NCBI GenBank assembly: GCA_019358915.1
Contig: JAHHIM010000055.1
Location: 1 to 64,000 of the forward strand
Direction: 5' to 3'
Source: Trichormus sp. ATA11-4-KO1
GTDB lineage: Bacteria; Cyanobacteriota; Cyanobacteriia; Cyanobacteriales; Nostocaceae
Length of the DNA: 64,000 bases
The first letter of the stretch is position 1. Every line of letters starts with the position of its first letter. The notes beneath the pieces were generated by a model. The model did not search any database. It was not told where the DNA came from and was given only the letters and a program-made list of their open reading frames with translations. Below, in pieces: positions 20,237-31,411 of the stretch. Both the position numbers and the translations under genes were made by a program.

Positions 20237-21679
20237 ATGAATCACCCCATAAACACATCTTGGCAAGAAGTCCGCGCTGCCTTTCAAAAAATTTGGGGTT
20301 ACGATGATTTTCGTCCGCCACAAGGAGAAATTGTCCGTAGTTTATTAGCACAAAAAGATGCGTTGATTATTATGCCTACAGGTGGCGGAAAGTCGATTTG
20401 TTTTCAACTTCCTGCACTGCTACAAACAGGTTTGACTTTAGTAGTTTCACCTTTAGTGGCACTGATGGAAAATCAAGTCCAAGAACTACTGCAATGTCAA
20501 CAAAAAGCGGCTCTTTTACATAGTGAGTTACCGTCATACCAACGCCGTGCAACACTACAAGCTTTGGAAAGACAACAACTAAGGTTACTGTATTTATCAC
20601 CAGAGACTTTATTGAGTGCGCCAGTTTGGGAAAGATTGCGTCACCCCCAATTACAAATCAACGGGTTGATATTAGATGAAGCCCATTGTTTAGTACAGTG
20701 GGGAGATACATTTCGTCCAGCTTATCGCAGATTAGGGGCGGTGCGGCCGGCACTACTCAAATCAAAACCACCGGGAACGAAAATCAGCATTGCAGCTTTT
20801 ACTGCTACTGCTGACCCTCCAGCCCAAAAAACTATTCAAACCGTTTTACAATTACAACAACCAGAAATTTTTCGCTTAAATCCCTACCGTCCAAATCTGC
20901 ATCCCAGTGTCCGCATAGCTTGGACACCACGGGGAAGAAAACAACAGTTATTAAAGTTTATTCAAAATCGATCACAACAAACTGGATTAATTTATGTGCG
21001 TACTCGCAAAGATAGCGAGAATTTAACTGCATGGTTAGCAGAGATGGGTTACGCCACAGCTAGTTATCATGCGGGACTGGGTGCAGCAGAACGCCGTGCT
21101 GTAGAAGCTAGCTGGTTAAGTAGCAAAATTCCTTTTGTGGTTTGTACTTGTGCTTTTGGTATGGGGATTAATAAACCAGATGTGCGTTGGGTAGTTCACT
21201 TTCATGCGCCGCACCTGATGTCGGAATATGTGCAAGAAATTGGACGCGCTGGACGAGATGGAAAACCAGCCCAGGCGCTAACATTGGTCAGTGAACCTAC
21301 GGGATGGTTAGATCCAGAGGATAAACAAAGACAGCAATTCTTTCATGAACAAATGCGATCGCAACAGCAAATAGCGCAGCAATTAGTGAAAAAACTACCG
21401 CCGCAGGGGGAAGTCAATGCGGTGACGCGACAATTTCCTGATGGTGCTACAGCGTTGGCTTTACTACATAGCAGTGGTCAACTGAATTGGCTTGACCCTT
21501 TCCATTACATGATTAATTCAGGAATGAAAGATCAGCCACCGATGCAACAACATACTGCTAAACAAATGAATCAATATTTGACTACTAAACAGTGCCGTTG
21601 GCAGTTTTTATTAAATGCCTTTGGTTTTGGTCAAGAAGCTGCTAACTGGCATTGCGGACATTGCGATAATTGTCGCTAA
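20237..21679 (+). CDS. recQ: RecQ family ATP-dependent DNA helicase (short form)
   Basis: MPTGGGKSICFQLP, LDEAHC..WG..FRP, YVQEIGRAGRDG, C-terminal CR...CGHCDNC. Confidence 0.9.
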   Translation: MNHPINTSWQEVRAAFQKIWGYDDFRPPQGEIVRSLLAQKDALIIMPTGGGKSICFQLPALLQTGLTLVVSPLVALMENQVQELLQCQQKAALLHSELPSYQRRATLQALERQQLRLLYLSPETLLSAPVWERLRHPQLQINGLILDEAHCLVQWGDTFRPAYRRLGAVRPALLKSKPPGTKISIAAFTATADPPAQKTIQTVLQLQQPEIFRLNPYRPNLHPSVRIAWTPRGRKQQLLKFIQNRSQQTGLIYVRTRKDSENLTAWLAEMGYATASYHAGLGAAERRAVEASWLSSKIPFVVCTCAFGMGINKPDVRWVVHFHAPHLMSEYVQEIGRAGRDGKPAQALTLVSEPTGWLDPEDKQRQQFFHEQMRSQQQIAQQLVKKLPPQGEVNAVTRQFPDGATALALLHSSGQLNWLDPFHYMINSGMKDQPPMQQHTAKQMNQYLTTKQCRWQFLLNAFGFGQEAANWHCGHCDNCR

Positions 21680-21768
21680 TTAGGGGACAGGTGATAGAGA
21701 ACTTTCTCACATCTGCTTTGGTGGCGATCGCTGTGAAGATGCGATCGCCCGGCAAACCTTACTTCTAC

Positions 21769-22770
21769 CTAAAATTGCTGCAAAAACCGCAAATCACTAG
21801 CATATAAGCGGCGAATATCATCGATTTGGTGTAATACCATCGCAAAACGTTCTACACCAAAACCTGCGGCAAAACCAGTATAAACTTCTGGGTCGTAACC
21901 CACAGCTTTGAGGACATTTGGGTCAACCATCCCACAGCCCATAACCTCCAACCAACGCCCATTCCACTGTAAATCCACTTCAGCTGATGGTTCGGTAAAC
22001 GGGAAATAACTGGCACGGAAACGAATTGGCAACTCACCAAATATTTCCTGCAAAAATACTTTAATGGTGCCTTTGAGGTCTGTAAATGTCAGTCCCTCAT
22101 CAATTGCTAAAAGTTCGATTTGGTGGAAAACGGCAGAATGAGTCGCATCGACATTATCTCGCCGATAAACTCGCCCTGGAGCAACAACCCGGATAGGTGG
22201 TTCCTCTTTTTCCATGTAGCGAATTTGCACCGATGATGTATGAGTACGTAGAAGATTACCATCTGGCAGGTAGAAGGTGTCCTGCATATCACGGGCGGGG
22301 TGGTCAGGTGGGGTATTAAGAGCCTCAAAATTATAATAATCTGTTTCCATTTCTGGCCCTTCAGCCACGGTGTAACCCATGCCGACAAAAATATCCAGCG
22401 CTCGGTCAATAATACCGTTAAGTGGATGAATACGACCTTGAGGGCGGAAAATGCCTGGCATAGTCACATCCAGAGTTTCAGCCTCTAGCTGCGCTTGAAT
22501 TTTGACAGATTCCAAGGCGGCGCGTTGCTGGTCTAGACTAGTTTGCAGAGACTCCTTGACTGTATTGGCGATCGCCCCAATTTTCGGTCGTTCCTCCGCA
22601 CTCATCTGTCCCATACTTCGCAACAATGCCCCCAATTGTCCCTTTTTCCCCAGATAGCTAACTCTGAGTTCCTCTAGACGTTCTAGGGAATCGGCGGCTG
22701 CGATCGCTTTTTCTCCTTCCTGCCGCAGTGCTAAAAGTTGAGCCTCTAAATTGCTAGGCTGATTCGTCAT
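21769..22770 (-). CDS. pheS: Phenylalanine-tRNA ligase alpha subunit
   Basis: [37 protein letters not shown]. Confidence 0.98.
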   Translation of the reverse strand: MTNQPSNLEAQLLALRQEGEKAIAAADSLERLEELRVSYLGKKGQLGALLRSMGQMSAEERPKIGAIANTVKESLQTSLDQQRAALESVKIQAQLEAETLDVTMPGIFRPQGRIHPLNGIIDRALDIFVGMGYTVAEGPEMETDYYNFEALNTPPDHPARDMQDTFYLPDGNLLRTHTSSVQIRYMEKEEPPIRVVAPGRVYRRDNVDATHSAVFHQIELLAIDEGLTFTDLKGTIKVFLQEIFGELPIRFRASYFPFTEPSAEVDLQWNGRWLEVMGCGMVDPNVLKAVGYDPEVYTGFAAGFGVERFAMVLHQIDDIRRLYASDLRFLQQF

Positions 22771-22919
22771 GCTAAACAGTTGTTTATTCTTATTGATTAT
22801 TTGTCTGCCAATTGTGCATCAACGGCAAAGGTTGAAACCCAACCCCTTCCTACAAGTTTAGAGGCGATCGTCCTTATCTTGCCGAGGTTTTTTTGAAAAA
22901 AATGCCAACTTTTACAAGA

Positions 22920-23060
22920 TTGGGGAATGGGTATTGGGTATTGGGGTGAAATGGCTTCTATCATTCTCCCTCACTCCCTACTCCCTTTTATTTGGACACA
23001 GACATTGACAATTGACTCTTGACTCTTGACTATTAACTATTGACTATTAATTATTGACTC
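22920..23060. repeat. STRR heptamer repeats (TGGGTAT/TGGGGAA and TTGACT[CA]) in the pheS-surE divergent region
   Basis: Direct reading; the TTGACTN array abuts the surE ATG. Confidence 0.75.
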
Positions 23061-23858
23061 ATGAAATTACTCATTAGCAATGATGACGGGATTTCTGCCT
23101 TGGGCATTCGTGCCCTAGCCAACTGCTTGGCAGAAGCTGGCCATGATGTAACTGTAGTTTGCCCAGATCGGGAGCGATCGGCAACCGGACATGGACTAAC
23201 CATGCACCAACCTATTCGTGCCGAGGTTATTGAGTCACTTTTTCATCCCGCCGTCAATGCTTGGGCTTGTGATGGTACTCCGTCGGATTGTGTGAAATTG
23301 GCACTATGGGCTTTGCTAGAATCTCCCCCTGATTTGGTTCTCTCTGGCATTAATCAAGGTGCCAATTTGGGCACGGAAATCCTTTATTCCGGTACTGTTT
23401 CAGCCGCTATGGAAGGAGTAATTGAAGGTATTCCCAGCATAGCACTGAGTCTTACCAGTCATACCTCCAAAGATTTCCAGCCTGCTGCTAAGTTTGCCCA
23501 AACTCTCGTAGAGCAACTAACAGTCAAACCTCTTCCAGATTTGATGTTGCTTAACGTCAATATTCCAGCTGTTAAATGGGAAGAAATTGCCGGAGTAACT
23601 CTCACTCGTCAAGGAGTGCGCCGTTACGTAGATGTTTTTGACAAGCGAGTTGATCCTCGTGGCAAAATCTACTACTGGTTAACTGGAGAAGTTTTAGAGG
23701 ATGTGGAACCACCAGAAGGTTTAAATCTGCCGCAAAACGTGCCTATTGATGTACATGTTATTCGCAAAAACTACATCAGCATCACGCCGTTACAATACAA
23801 CCTCACCTATGCCACTGGACTGGATAACTTGTCTAAGTGGAAATTCCAGTTTCCCTGA
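23061..23858 (+). CDS. surE: 5'/3'-nucleotidase SurE
   Basis: [34 protein letters not shown]. Confidence 0.97.
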   Translation: MKLLISNDDGISALGIRALANCLAEAGHDVTVVCPDRERSATGHGLTMHQPIRAEVIESLFHPAVNAWACDGTPSDCVKLALWALLESPPDLVLSGINQGANLGTEILYSGTVSAAMEGVIEGIPSIALSLTSHTSKDFQPAAKFAQTLVEQLTVKPLPDLMLLNVNIPAVKWEEIAGVTLTRQGVRRYVDVFDKRVDPRGKIYYWLTGEVLEDVEPPEGLNLPQNVPIDVHVIRKNYISITPLQYNLTYATGLDNLSKWKFQFP

Positions 23859-24224
23859 AGTAAGACAAAGTGCTGAGTGTTGAGTGCTGAGTGCTGAGTA
23901 TAAACCCAGTTGCTTCATGGCTTTGAGCAATCAATAATGTCCTAATCTATGTGACTACGGCTATAAATGCATTACAGCAAAATTTAGGCTATAAAGTAGA
24001 AGCCAACTTGATATTAATGATACACATACATCATTAAAAATTGGGGCAACCGCCTTGTAATACAATCACCTACGTTATCTACTTTTACACAACTTACTTT
24101 AAACAGGGTATGCTGTTTTACTAAGTAATATTTTTTCTACTAAATACTGTCAGACAGCATAGACTGAACAAAGCAAGTAACATTTGTGTTATTGATCGCC
24201 CGCTCAATCCAGCAAGCAACACCC

Positions 24225-25121
24225 ATGTCCAGGATAGAGAACCAATTTACCGTGCAATTTTGGGGCGTTCGCGGGAGCATCCCTAGTCCAGGTACTAACA
24301 CTGTTCGTTACGGCGGTAATACCCCTTGCGTTGAGATGCAAGTGGGCGGTAGACGCTTAATTTTTGATGGTGGTACAGGACTGCATGTTTTGGGACAATC
24401 TTTATTACCCAAAATGCCGATAGAAGCTCATATATTTTTTACCCATTCCCACTGGGATCACATGCAAGGATTTCCTTTCTTTGTTCCAGGGTTTGTCCAG
24501 GGGAATAAATTTCATATTTATGGCGCGATCGCTCCTGATGGTTCCACTATAGAACAGCGTCTCAATGATCAGATGCTGCACCCAAATTTTCCTGTGCCTT
24601 TACAGATCATGCAGGCAAATTTGAATTTTCACGACGTTAAACCGGGGGAGGCTATATATGTTAACGACATTACCATAGAAACGGCATCGCTTAACCATCC
24701 AGGTGAGGCTGTCGGATACCGAGTTAACTGGCGTGGTGGTGCTGCTGCTTACATAACTGATACTGAACATTTTCCTGATAGGCTAGATGAGCATGTCTTG
24801 TGGTTATCTCGGAACGCGGATATCTTAATTTATGATTCCACTTATACCGATGAAGAATACCATTCACCAAAATCGCCAAAAATTGGCTGGGGACATTCTA
24901 CTTGGCAAGAAGCTGTGAAAGTTGCCAAAGCTGCTAACGTCAAGACTCTCGTGATTTTTCACCATGATCCTGCCCACAACGATGAGTTTTTGGATCGTGT
25001 CGGTGAACAAGCGTCTGTGGAATTTCCCGGTGCAATTATGGCGCAGGAAGGAACAGTGCTTCAGGTTCCTATCTCAGTTTCCTTATCAGAATCTTTTCCT
25101 GTCAGCAAATTATCTATGTGA
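24225..25121 (+). CDS. MBL-fold metallo-hydrolase
   Basis: FWGVRGSIP, THSHWDHMQG (HxHxDH), GHST, FHHDP. Confidence 0.9.
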   Translation: MSRIENQFTVQFWGVRGSIPSPGTNTVRYGGNTPCVEMQVGGRRLIFDGGTGLHVLGQSLLPKMPIEAHIFFTHSHWDHMQGFPFFVPGFVQGNKFHIYGAIAPDGSTIEQRLNDQMLHPNFPVPLQIMQANLNFHDVKPGEAIYVNDITIETASLNHPGEAVGYRVNWRGGAAAYITDTEHFPDRLDEHVLWLSRNADILIYDSTYTDEEYHSPKSPKIGWGHSTWQEAVKVAKAANVKTLVIFHHDPAHNDEFLDRVGEQASVEFPGAIMAQEGTVLQVPISVSLSESFPVSKLSM

Positions 25122-25185
25122 AGGTTGCAGTCGGAGCGATGGGAGATTTTAGATTAGATTGGTGATCAAGAGCTGTTAGCGCCAG

Positions 25186-25374
25186 AGCTGACCTGACGAA
25201 TACGCCGTGACCACTGGAGAACAAGCTATGTGGGTTCTTAGACAATCACAAATGCCTGTAGACCCTTTCTCTTGTGCGGCTGGACGCAGGAGCAAACCCC
25301 GCCACCACCTAAATGCAAAAAGTCTAGTTCTGCAAGAAGTTTCTTGTCCTCCAGGCGGCTTCCGTCAGGTAGCT
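25186..25374 (+). ncRNA. ssrS: Probable 6S RNA (SsrS/SsaA)
   Basis: ~190-nt rod: ACCTGACG/CGTCAGGT, CGCC/GGCG and CTGGAGAACAAG/CTTGTCCTCCAG closing stems, a central bubble, and GGCGGC near the 3' end as in 6S RNAs; strand inferred. Confidence 0.6.
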
Positions 25375-25415
25375 TGTAGCTAATGGCTAAATAAACCTAA
25401 AATCCCAGAATCCAC

Positions 25416-26474
25416 GTGCTAAATTTGTCTAAAAATGGATGTTCTGTGTGGGTTGCTTCTTCGACCGAAGGGCTGCTTAGACCAACTGCTGTGGCGCTTG
25501 GCAAATTTGATGGTGTGCATCTTGGTCATCACAAAGTTATTCAGCCAATTTTGCCGCCAGCAACGGGTAAGGGGAGACGAGAAAATGCAGAGAATTTACA
25601 CAAATACTCTCCCACCTCACCAACCCAACTACAAGAACAGACATACTCGACAGTTGTCACCTTTGATCCCCATCCACTGGAATTTTTTACGGGTCAACCC
25701 CGGGCTTTGCTAACACCACTGGATGAAAAAGTCCAACAATTGCGATCGCTGGGAGTAGAACAACTGGTACTATTACCCTTCGATAAAGAATTATCAGCTT
25801 TATCTCCGGAAGATTTTGTAGACAAGATTTTGGTGCAACAACTCCAATGTCGGCGAATTAGTGTTGGGCAAGATTTTTGTTTCGGCAAACAGCGCCGTGG
25901 TACTGCCAAAAATTTGCAATTACTAGCCGCCAAGCACCATATCCCCGTTACCATCGTTCCCTTACAAACTTATACCGATAACGCGCCCACCCAGGAGGCT
26001 CCCATTAGCACTTCACTGATCCGTCACTCTCTAGAAAGTGGCGACATCAAAAACGCCAACTTACTCCTGGGACGACCTTACACCCTCATCGGTGTTGTTG
26101 TTCAAGGTCAACAAATGGGCAGAACGATTGGTTTTCCTACCGCCAACCTCCAATTACCAAATGACAAGTTTATCCCCCGCCAAGGTGTTTATGCTGTCCG
26201 CGTTGCCATTCTGAATGAGACAGCAGATGCGACTACTTTATCTCAAGGCTTGGGTGTGATGAATATAGGTAATCGCCCCACGGTAAATGGTAGCAATTTA
26301 TCTGTAGAGGTACATCTATTTGATTGGTCTAGTGATTTATATGGCAAAAAACTAGCTGTACAGCTAGTCGAATTTTTGCGACCAGAACAGAAGTTTTCTT
26401 CTCTAGAAGCCCTGAAAACTCAAATTCAACTTGACTGCACCGTTGCTAGAGAGGTTTTGAATTCTCAATGCTGA
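25416..26474 (+). CDS. ribF: Bifunctional riboflavin kinase/FAD synthetase
   Basis: GKFDGVHLGH, TFDPHP, ISTSLIR, GRTIGFPTANL, NIGNRPT, EVHLFD. Confidence 0.96.
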   Translation: MLNLSKNGCSVWVASSTEGLLRPTAVALGKFDGVHLGHHKVIQPILPPATGKGRRENAENLHKYSPTSPTQLQEQTYSTVVTFDPHPLEFFTGQPRALLTPLDEKVQQLRSLGVEQLVLLPFDKELSALSPEDFVDKILVQQLQCRRISVGQDFCFGKQRRGTAKNLQLLAAKHHIPVTIVPLQTYTDNAPTQEAPISTSLIRHSLESGDIKNANLLLGRPYTLIGVVVQGQQMGRTIGFPTANLQLPNDKFIPRQGVYAVRVAILNETADATTLSQGLGVMNIGNRPTVNGSNLSVEVHLFDWSSDLYGKKLAVQLVEFLRPEQKFSSLEALKTQIQLDCTVAREVLNSQC

Positions 26475-26583
26475 GTTCTCAATGCTGAATGGGAACACTG
26501 TAGATAAGGGAATGGAGAATAGAGCATAGGTGATTCTCCATTCCAATTTCTTGCCCAATTACCAATCCCTCCCACTGTGGTGC

Positions 26584-27492
26584 ATGAGAGAAAACATTGA
26601 CGCTCTAACACAAAATCTTGCTCGTACCATCGTTGGCAAACACGAAGCAATCCGCTTAGTCCTAGTCGCTCTGTTAGGTGGTGGACATGCATTGCTAGAA
26701 GATGTCCCTGGAGTTGGCAAAACTCTCCTCGCTAAATCCTTAGCTCGTTCACTGGATGGCAAGTTTCAACGGCTACAATGCACCCCCGATTTACTCCCAA
26801 CTGACATTACTGGCACAAATATTTGGCACCCCAAAAGCGGCGAATTTACTTTTCTTCCTGGGCCAATATTTGCCAATGTGCTGCTAGCCGATGAAATCAA
26901 CCGCGCCACACCCCGCACCCAGTCGGCTTTGCTAGAGGTGATGGAAGAGCATCAGGTAACTGTTGATGGTGTCTCTCGTGTAGTTCCCCAGCCTTTCTTT
27001 GTGATTGCTACCCAGAACCCCATAGAATATCAAGGGACTTTTCCCCTACCAGAAGCCCAGATGGATCGGTTTATGTTGTCGTTGAGTTTGGGCTATCCTT
27101 CGGCACAAGAAGAAATGGAGATGCTGCAAAACCTGCAAAATCATGTCAAGGTGGCGGATTTGCAGCCTTGTATTACTTTGGCAGAAGTAGCTCAATTGCG
27201 TGAAATCTGCTCTCAGGTAAGAGTAGAAACTTCTTTGCAACAATATATCCTGGAATTAGTACGGGCAACACGGCAGGATGAAGAAATTACTTTGGGTGTC
27301 AGTCCGCGTGGTACTGTGGCATTACAACGAGCTACCCAAGCCCTAGCTTTTCTGTTGGGGCGTGATTACGCTATTCCCGATGATGTGAAATTTCTCGTTC
27401 CCCACGTTCTCTGTCATCGCCTGATTCCCAGAGGCGGGCGCAGTGCCAGAATTGTTGTTGAGCGGTTATTAAGGTCTATTTCTATTCCTTAA
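26584..27492 (+). CDS. MoxR family AAA+ ATPase
   Basis: GHALLEDVPGVGKT, LLADEINRATPRTQ, ATQNPIEYQGTFPLPEAQMDRF. Confidence 0.95.
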   Translation: MRENIDALTQNLARTIVGKHEAIRLVLVALLGGGHALLEDVPGVGKTLLAKSLARSLDGKFQRLQCTPDLLPTDITGTNIWHPKSGEFTFLPGPIFANVLLADEINRATPRTQSALLEVMEEHQVTVDGVSRVVPQPFFVIATQNPIEYQGTFPLPEAQMDRFMLSLSLGYPSAQEEMEMLQNLQNHVKVADLQPCITLAEVAQLREICSQVRVETSLQQYILELVRATRQDEEITLGVSPRGTVALQRATQALAFLLGRDYAIPDDVKFLVPHVLCHRLIPRGGRSARIVVERLLRSISIP

Positions 27493-28688
27493 ACAAATCG
27501 CTCGGTAAATTCATAGATCAAATCAACTCTTCCCTTGCGTAACATGGCTGGATCTAATCTTTCAGTGGTGTTGCAAGTCATCAAAACTACTAACCTCTGC
27601 TTGATTTGAATTCCCGAATCATCTATCACACTTTGATATAAAGTCCCATCTAACAAACTCAGAATGTGTTCTGTTTTGTTACTATATTGTGCTACTTCAG
27701 ATGAACGATTTTGTGCTAGGTTATCAGCTTCATTGATGATGATACAAATACGCTCTAAATAATGTGGTGGCACAAAGTTAGCGATCGCATCATGATCCAA
27801 AATGAAAATTACATATCCTAAAGGTACAATAATTTCTTTTGCTACTGCCTGTGTCCATACCGTTTTACCCGTACCCGGTTCACCATGTACCACTACAGCC
27901 AACTGGTTCTGATTGAGAACTGCCTGTTGTACTGTATCAGTAAAGTTTTGAATATCTGCCGGAAAGCTACGAATGAGATATTGACTGTGAACCTTGCCCA
28001 CACGACTTTGATATCCACTCAGCATCACTGCTAAATCATAAGTTGCTTTATTAACAAGCGGTGAGATATTTGTGGCCATTAAAGTGTAATGTCGTCGTCC
28101 ACGTTCATAGGATTCAATTTGCAGCCAAATATCGTGCTTTGACCAGTAAGCATAAACTGTATTTATAACATCTAGACGTTCCCAACTTGTAAATTTATCT
28201 ACGGGGAAATAAAAATTTCTTTCTAAATAATTTTGGGTAATAATCTCAGGTCTACCTAATAGTTGCAAAACTCGTAATACAGTAATTTCTTGCAGGCGAT
28301 TAAGCACGTAGTCAATAGGAATGCTGCTACGACTAACAAATTGGATTATAGGCGTTTCTGTGCTCAAAATGTCTTTGTATCGATGATCCGGTGATTGAGG
28401 ATCAGGTGTGATGTAATTCCAAAACTTTTCTATCTCGTAACGGGTATTATCAGATACAACATTTAATAGATTAGCCCACCAAGTATAATTATTTCTTCCT
28501 AAAACTTCAGCAAAACTACTGGCTAGATTCAAACCTTTCTGAGTTAACTCGCCTGCGTCGTTATGCAACAGTTGCCATAAAAATTCCCAGTCTAATTCCC
28601 GGTTTAATGGTCGCCAACCACTAGCAACTAAACTTTGATGGTTATTATTAGGAGTATTTTCGGTGCTTCTAAAATAATCAAATTCCAT
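27489..28688 (-). CDS. AAA+ ATPase with uncharacterised N-terminal region
   Basis: HGEPGTGKT Walker A, IIINEAD atypical Walker B, TCN..ERLDPAMLRKGRVD SRH. Confidence 0.8.
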   Translation of the reverse strand: MEFDYFRSTENTPNNNHQSLVASGWRPLNRELDWEFLWQLLHNDAGELTQKGLNLASSFAEVLGRNNYTWWANLLNVVSDNTRYEIEKFWNYITPDPQSPDHRYKDILSTETPIIQFVSRSSIPIDYVLNRLQEITVLRVLQLLGRPEIITQNYLERNFYFPVDKFTSWERLDVINTVYAYWSKHDIWLQIESYERGRRHYTLMATNISPLVNKATYDLAVMLSGYQSRVGKVHSQYLIRSFPADIQNFTDTVQQAVLNQNQLAVVVHGEPGTGKTVWTQAVAKEIIVPLGYVIFILDHDAIANFVPPHYLERICIIINEADNLAQNRSSEVAQYSNKTEHILSLLDGTLYQSVIDDSGIQIKQRLVVLMTCNTTERLDPAMLRKGRVDLIYEFTERFV

Positions 28689-28719
28689 ATTTTTTATTTG
28701 ATACTTCCCTGTCAAAAAG

Positions 28720-29190
<471 letters not shown>

Positions 29191-29780
29191 CTATTATCTA
29201 CTGAAAATTTTTGTCATGGATTAAATTAGGGCGTAAGACTTAATTGATTACCGAATTTGTGTCAATTAATAAAGCTATGGTTTTGATTTTTTAGTTTGTT
29301 GGCATTTATTGTAGTATAAAAGTTACATTGTAGTCAAGTAGCTATAAGGTTTAGAAAAAAGGATGTATTTTTTCCCAATTATGCTTAACTATTAAATAAT
29401 TAAACTAAATATTTAGCAGATTAGTATTCTTGATTGCATAAAAAGTTAACAGTGAGCTATACTTACTATTGTGTATTTTTAACTCTACGGAAATAAGTAA
29501 TACCCAAGATACTACGGTGAATTAGAATTTGTTATATCAATTTTTTATAAATTTCTGCGGAAAATATTCTGTAATTTTGCGTATAATCGAGGGGTACTTG
29601 CTAAACCCATCAGTTTGAGGTTTTATTTTCCCTATGCTTGTTGCGTAGATTTACAATTATCAACTAAACAAATCAAAACAAGAGCCAATCCTGGATTAGC
29701 TCCATCCTATCCCTCTCAGGATATCTCGTCTATTATCTTAAACAAGACGATAAATCCCCATTAAATCTTCTGGAGAAGAG

Positions 29781-30236
29781 ATGTATCTGGCACATTCATT
29801 CATGAGTGATGAAAAGAAGCAAAGCTCTCAGCAGCCCTTAATTTTGGCAGTAGAAGACCATGATGATAGTCTACTGCTGATTGGTTATGCCCTTGAGTCA
29901 CTTGGCTGTAGATTTATTTGTCAAACAGACAGTTCTACTACGTTATTGGTGGCAAAAGAGTATCAGCCAGACCTAATTATGTTAGATATTTTGTTACCAG
30001 GTCTTAGTGGGACCGATGTTGTGCATTATCTAAAACAAGAACCCCTAACTTGCAAAATTCCAGTAATCGCAGTTACAGCTTTAGCTAGTCGAGAAGATCG
30101 AGAACGGCTCATTTCGGCGGGTTTTGATGATTACATCAGTAAACCTTACATGATCGAAGACCTAGAGGCGATACTTTGCCGTTTGCTAGGTGGTAAGCTA
30201 AATTCTCGCTCGACTCTTAAAAGTGCTGAGTGTTGA
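29781..30236 (+). CDS. Single-domain response regulator (CheY/DivK-like)
   Basis: LAVED, PDLIMLDI, AVTALA, YISKP. Confidence 0.9.
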   Translation: MYLAHSFMSDEKKQSSQQPLILAVEDHDDSLLLIGYALESLGCRFICQTDSSTTLLVAKEYQPDLIMLDILLPGLSGTDVVHYLKQEPLTCKIPVIAVTALASREDRERLISAGFDDYISKPYMIEDLEAILCRLLGGKLNSRSTLKSAEC

Positions 30237-30249
30237 GTAGAGGAAAAAA

Positions 30250-31380
30250 TTAACTTTGTTTTGGTAGCGTGACAGTGAAGACACTACCTTGACCTGGCTC
30301 CGAGGTAAGTGCAATTTTGCCACCATGTGCTTCGACGATACGGCTCGAAAGATGCAGGCCTAAGCCACTACCTGATCTTTTATTTCTACCTTGGCGAAAC
30401 CGTTCAAAAACGCTTGCTTGGTCTTCGGGAGCAATTCCATAACCTGTGTCTTCAACCTCAACTATTACCCAACCTTTATCCTGAGAATTAGCTGATTTTT
30501 CCCAAATACGAATTTCTATACCTCCTGTATCTGTAAACTTGATGGCATTCCCAATCAAGTTATTAAATACACGCCGTAATTCTAGCGGATCACCCATTAC
30601 TACACCAGCAGTTTCTTCTTGTTGATCTAACTTACTAGTATCTATTTTCAGCGTTAAATTCTTCTCACTAGCTAGAGGATTGAGTTCACTAACTACTTCT
30701 TTAATAATCTCCGGGAGATGGCAAATTTCATCATTTAAGGTCTTTTTGCCGGCCTCAAAACGAGAGACTTCTAGCAGGGTGTTTACCATTTGCATTAAGT
30801 TTTGATTACTGCGAATCATCACGGCGATCGCCTGTTTCATTTCCGGGGAAATTTTGCAGAATGTTTCCTGTTCAAACAAACTCAGCATCCGATCAGCAGC
30901 TACTAGAGGGGTACGTAAATCATGGGTTAGGCGCGATACAAAGTCTTCGCGCTGGCGGGCCATTTTTTTTTGTTCGTCAAGACTGTGCTTCAGGCGCAAC
31001 AGCGATCGCACTCTGGCTAAGAGTTCATCAGTATCAAATGGTTTACGAATAAAATCATCTGCACCAGCATCTAAGCCTTCCACAACACTGGATTCGTGAA
31101 AGGCAGTAATTAACAGAATGGGAATATAGCTAACATTGAGGTTGGGGTTTTTGCGAATCCGCCGTGTGACTTCATAACCATCCATTCCTGGCATCATCAC
31201 ATCTAGTAAAATTAAATCGGGTGGAGACTGTTCAATGTGCTGCAAAGCTGATACACCATCTGCAACTAAGTCAATCTCATACCCTTCACTTTCGAGAATA
31301 GTCTGAACCAAAATAAGATTATCTCTAGTATCATCAACGGCGAGAATACGATCAATTTTAGAATTTTCTACAACAGACAT
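30250..31380 (-). CDS. Hybrid sensor kinase (REC-HisKA-HATPase)
   Basis: LAVDD/LLDVMMP receiver, THDLRTPL, NLIGNAIKFT, GSGLGL. Confidence 0.92.
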   Translation of the reverse strand: MSVVENSKIDRILAVDDTRDNLILVQTILESEGYEIDLVADGVSALQHIEQSPPDLILLDVMMPGMDGYEVTRRIRKNPNLNVSYIPILLITAFHESSVVEGLDAGADDFIRKPFDTDELLARVRSLLRLKHSLDEQKKMARQREDFVSRLTHDLRTPLVAADRMLSLFEQETFCKISPEMKQAIAVMIRSNQNLMQMVNTLLEVSRFEAGKKTLNDEICHLPEIIKEVVSELNPLASEKNLTLKIDTSKLDQQEETAGVVMGDPLELRRVFNNLIGNAIKFTDTGGIEIRIWEKSANSQDKGWVIVEVEDTGYGIAPEDQASVFERFRQGRNKRSGSGLGLHLSSRIVEAHGGKIALTSEPGQGSVFTVTLPKQS

Positions 31381-31411
31381 GACTTATCAACTTTTTTGAA
31401 AATACAATAAT

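Noticed and set aside
25171..25415. FMN riboswitch upstream of ribF
   Set aside because: No RFN consensus segments are visible; the fold is a single long rod
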